Both the position numbers and the translations under genes were made by a program. 64,000 bases of DNA, from the NCBI GenBank assembly GCA_963765495.1, contig CAVXWP010000001.1:448001-512000 (forward strand), in the 5' to 3' direction. A model generated the notes under the pieces. It searched no databases and was not told the origin of the DNA. It saw only the letters and a program-made list of their open reading frames with translations. The stretch is from Blastocatellia bacterium (GTDB taxonomy: Bacteria; Acidobacteriota; Blastocatellia; UBA7656). Positions 60,948-64,000 of this stretch are shown here, one piece after another. Each line of letters begins with the position of its first letter. Within the stretch, counting starts at the first letter, position 1.

Positions 60948-63656
60948 TTACGGCTTGGCTTCGACCCAGTTGCGGCCTACGCCGAGGTCAACCGTCAGCG
61001 GGACCGCAAGTTTGTAAACCGTTTCCATCTCTTCGCGCACCACTGCGGTTGTGCGTTCAACTTCGGCTTCGGGCACTTCAAGCAGCAGTTCGTCGTGAAC
61101 CTGAAGTATCATCCGTGCGCCGAGCCGTTCGCGGATCAGCCGGTCGTGGACGCGAATCATAGCCATCTTGACCAGGTCGGCAGCGGTGCCCTGAAGTGGC
61201 GCGTTGATCGCTTCGCGTTCTGCGCGGGCGCGAAGGTTGTGGTTGCGATTGTTGATATCAGGGATAGGCCGTATGCGCCCGAACAGGGTCTTTACCAGCC
61301 CGGTCTCGCGCACACGCTCGGGCGTCTCTTCCATATAGCGGCGCACGCCCGTGTATGTCTCGTAATAATTATCTATCGCCTTTTTGGCCTCGGCTCTGGT
61401 CAGCCCGGTCCTTTGCGCCAGCCCGAACGGGCCTACATCATACGCGATGGCAAAATTGACTACCTTGGCAAGGCGGCGATATTCGGCCTCTTCCTCGGGG
61501 GTCTTCGCGCCAAACACGGCCCGCGCCGTTCGCGCGTGTATATCTTCGTTATGATTGAACGCTTCGGTCATCACAGGGTCGCCGGTCAGGTGCGCGAACA
61601 GGCGGAGTTCGATCTGTGAATAATCGGCCGACATCAACAGATAACCGGGCGAAGGCACGAAAGCCGCACGAATGCGGCGACCGAGTTCCGAGCGTATCGG
61701 AATGTTTTGAAGATTTGGATTAGTGGATGAGAGCCGCCCCGTCGCCGCAACCGCCTGATTCAACGTAGTGTGAACGCGGCCCGTTCGCGGGTCTATCAGC
61801 TTCGGCAGCGCGTCAACATATGTGTTCTTGAGCTTTGTGATCTCGCGATATTCGATAATCAGCCGGGGCAGTTCATATTTGGCGGCAAGCTCTTCGAGCA
61901 CGTCGGATGATGTTGATATGCGCCCGGTCTTTGTTTTGCGGCCGACTTCGAAATTTAGCTTCTCAAAGATTTCGCCAAGCTGAACGGTCGAATTGATATT
62001 GAACTCTTCTCCGGCAAGCTTGTAAATCTCTCCGGTGAGCCGACTGATCTCGGCCTCCATCCCACGGTTTGCCTCTTCAAGCGCGCCGGTGTCGATGCGT
62101 ACGCCTATGCGCTCCATCTCGAAGAGTATCTCGACCAGAGGCAATTCTATATCGTTATAGACGCGTTCGAGTTCGGCCGTCTCAAGGCGTGCGCGCAAAA
62201 CGTCCGCGAGGTGAAATGTGAGATCGGCCGCCTGCAATGCCTGCGCGTCCGAAGCATCGAAATCGTCTACGGTTTCGGCCAGTTCCAACCCCAGGTATTC
62301 TCGCGCAAGGTCGGCTACGCGGTAGCCGGTTCGATTCGGATCGAGCAGATAAGCCGCAAGCATCGTATCCTCTTCAACGCCTTCGATGCGAATGGCGGGT
62401 TCGAAATCGCGAATGCACCCGTCGCTTGATCCTTCCGAGGCGGGCGACTGTCCGCACACATAGCGGTCAAGCGCCGTGAGCGCCCCCTTCCAATCGTGCA
62501 CCGATTTTCGTAAGAGACCGTTTTCCAGCACCTCTTTTACGCCTGTCAAAGGATCAATTCCAGGTTCAAATTTCTCGAAATCAATCAACGCGGCATTCAT
62601 CATAGCCGTAGAGATCGCGATGCCGTAAGGCACGCCTCCGCGCTCGGCTATGGACAGGGCTATGCGATCAAGCGACCAGAGCGATTTGATAAACTTTTCG
62701 AGTTCATTGGCGGTCGTGATTCGCGCGTATCTGGGCTTGCCGGGCTTGCGGGCCGCGACCGTGGCCACGGAATCGTGCGTGGCCGCATCGGCAAACTCGC
62801 GTGTGAGTTGCGAAAACTCAAGCTCGGAAAACAGTTCGTAAGCGGCCTTGCGGTCAGGCTCCTCGTAGCGCAGGGCTTCAAGGTCAAGCTCAATCGGCAT
62901 GTCGCATTTGATCGTAGCCAGTTCCTGCGATTGGCGGATCAGCGGGATATTGTTTTTGAGGCTCTCGCGATAAGTCTTGCGCGATATTTCGTCGGCGTGA
63001 GCGAGCGCGTTTTCAAGTGTGCCGTATTGCTGGATCAGTTGCTTTGCGCCTTTTTCACCTACGCCGGGCGCGCCCGGAATGTTATCGGATGAATCGCCCC
63101 ACAGCCCCAGCAGATCGACTATCTGATCCGGGCGCACGCTGAATTTCTCTTCGACCGCCTTCGCATCCATCAGAGTCATTCCGCCCGCCCGCTCCGTACG
63201 CAGCACCTTGACGTGCTCGTTTACGAGTTGACACATGTCCTTGTCGTTGGTCACAAGCACAACGTCAAGCCCGGCCTGGTCGGCTTTGCAGGCGAGAGTC
63301 CCGATGATGTCGTCGGCCTCGTATCCGGGCACTCGCGTGAGAGGAACGCGCAAGGCTTCACACACGCGCTCGATGTAGGCAAGCTGCGGGACAAGATCAT
63401 CCGGCATAAGCCCTCGCGTGGCCTTGTATGCCTCGAAGGAGTCGTGACGAAACGTGCGTTCCGGGGAATCGAATGCCACACCCAGATAATCGGGCTTTTC
63501 CGAAGCGATCAACCGGCGCAACATCATCGTGAATCCGTAGATCGCGTTTGTCGCAAGCCCGCTCGAATTCGTCAATCCGCGAATCGCGTAATAGGCGCGA
63601 TATACCTGCGACATCCCATCGACCAGGAACAGTCGCTTGTTTTGAGTTTCGGCCAT
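60948..63656 (-). CDS. polA: DNA polymerase I
   Basis: 5'-3' exonuclease (LVDG, EADDIIG, GDSSDNIPG) and polymerase motifs (DYSQIELR, QVHDEL). Confidence 0.98.
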   Translation of the reverse strand: MAETQNKRLFLVDGMSQVYRAYYAIRGLTNSSGLATNAIYGFTMMLRRLIASEKPDYLGVAFDSPERTFRHDSFEAYKATRGLMPDDLVPQLAYIERVCEALRVPLTRVPGYEADDIIGTLACKADQAGLDVVLVTNDKDMCQLVNEHVKVLRTERAGGMTLMDAKAVEEKFSVRPDQIVDLLGLWGDSSDNIPGAPGVGEKGAKQLIQQYGTLENALAHADEISRKTYRESLKNNIPLIRQSQELATIKCDMPIELDLEALRYEEPDRKAAYELFSELEFSQLTREFADAATHDSVATVAARKPGKPRYARITTANELEKFIKSLWSLDRIALSIAERGGVPYGIAISTAMMNAALIDFEKFEPGIDPLTGVKEVLENGLLRKSVHDWKGALTALDRYVCGQSPASEGSSDGCIRDFEPAIRIEGVEEDTMLAAYLLDPNRTGYRVADLAREYLGLELAETVDDFDASDAQALQAADLTFHLADVLRARLETAELERVYNDIELPLVEILFEMERIGVRIDTGALEEANRGMEAEISRLTGEIYKLAGEEFNINSTVQLGEIFEKLNFEVGRKTKTGRISTSSDVLEELAAKYELPRLIIEYREITKLKNTYVDALPKLIDPRTGRVHTTLNQAVAATGRLSSTNPNLQNIPIRSELGRRIRAAFVPSPGYLLMSADYSQIELRLFAHLTGDPVMTEAFNHNEDIHARTARAVFGAKTPEEEAEYRRLAKVVNFAIAYDVGPFGLAQRTGLTRAEAKKAIDNYYETYTGVRRYMEETPERVRETGLVKTLFGRIRPIPDINNRNHNLRARAEREAINAPLQGTAADLVKMAMIRVHDRLIRERLGARMILQVHDELLLEVPEAEVERTTAVVREEMETVYKLAVPLTVDLGVGRNWVEAKP

Positions 63657-63663
63657 AAAAGGG

Positions 63664-63693
63664 ATAGTACGGGCCGCCTTTTCTGAGTGTCAA
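63664..63693 (-). promoter_or_regulatory. Sigma70 promoter for polA (probably leaderless transcript)
   Basis: TTGACA-18 nt-TACTAT ending 7 nt before the ATG; no SD sequence. Confidence 0.6.
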
Positions 63694-63758
63694 GGAGACG
63701 CATCCGAGCGGGTGGGAATGGACCTATTTTACTTCTGCCCGTCTGAGGTCCGAGAATT

Positions 63759-63780
63759 GAAATCTCAGATTTGAGATTTC
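63759..63780. repeat. Heptamer-family inverted repeat
   Basis: GAAATCTCA-GATT-TGAGATTTC; same unit as 2971, 4960 and 42064. Confidence 0.6.
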
Positions 63781-64000
63781 GGATTGAAGCGTGTGCGCGC
63801 CCGCAATTCAGTCTAAAACATCCCGGCAGATATTATCGGGGAAGCGCAGGCACGGCGACGCCAGCTAAAGTGGATTCCGGCCGCTCACTATTAACGCATC
63901 ACTGGCGCATAAGACCGGCGATCTGTCAGATATGGTCTTTTGTCGCCACCCGGACTTGTTGGTCGTAAGTGGCCGCCGCCCCCGTGCCTTCGCTTCCCCA

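Noticed and set aside
63771-64000. Short ORFs at the right edge of the window
   Set aside because: They are too short or truncated, and one begins in a heptamer repeat; no product can be supported

Overview
This is a GC-rich bacterial chromosomal segment. Gene content and style (TonB receptors, Ser/Thr kinase, very long TPR protein, SCO-CusF fusion) suggest Acidobacteriota, probably Blastocatellia; that placement is inference only. In order it holds: a sugar ABC transporter; GH67 alpha-glucuronidase; GMC oxidoreductase plus GH2 beta-galactosidase; a complete pstSCAB-phoU-phoB-phoR operon with a candidate Pho box; Ser/Thr kinase-HEAT; ROK kinase; an AT-richer three-gene island; S8 protease; GAF sigma54 activator; Grs-like B12 radical SAM; a 1313-aa TPR protein; LysR; GH42; an F420/FO cluster (cofG, cofH); NfeD-flotillin; CGNR zinc-finger/DinB pair; SCO; NikR-TonB-NikMNQO nickel uptake; a TonB receptor with a Cys-rich RAPP leader; and polA. 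No rRNA, tRNA, CRISPR array or transposase was seen. Main observations: (1) a cassette at 23.5-25.4 kb in which a TPR protein ending in the PRAPP ribosome-arrest motif overlaps head-to-head with a small exported CxCx4CxC protein and precedes an orphan ORF through mutually exclusive hairpins; (2) a CruR/DUF2946-like RAPP upstream ORF before a TonB receptor; (3) several families of periodic (7-, 8- and 9-nt unit) palindromic intergenic elements, some nested or collapsed; (4) readable candidate operators for NikR, PhoB and a CGNR zinc-finger regulator.
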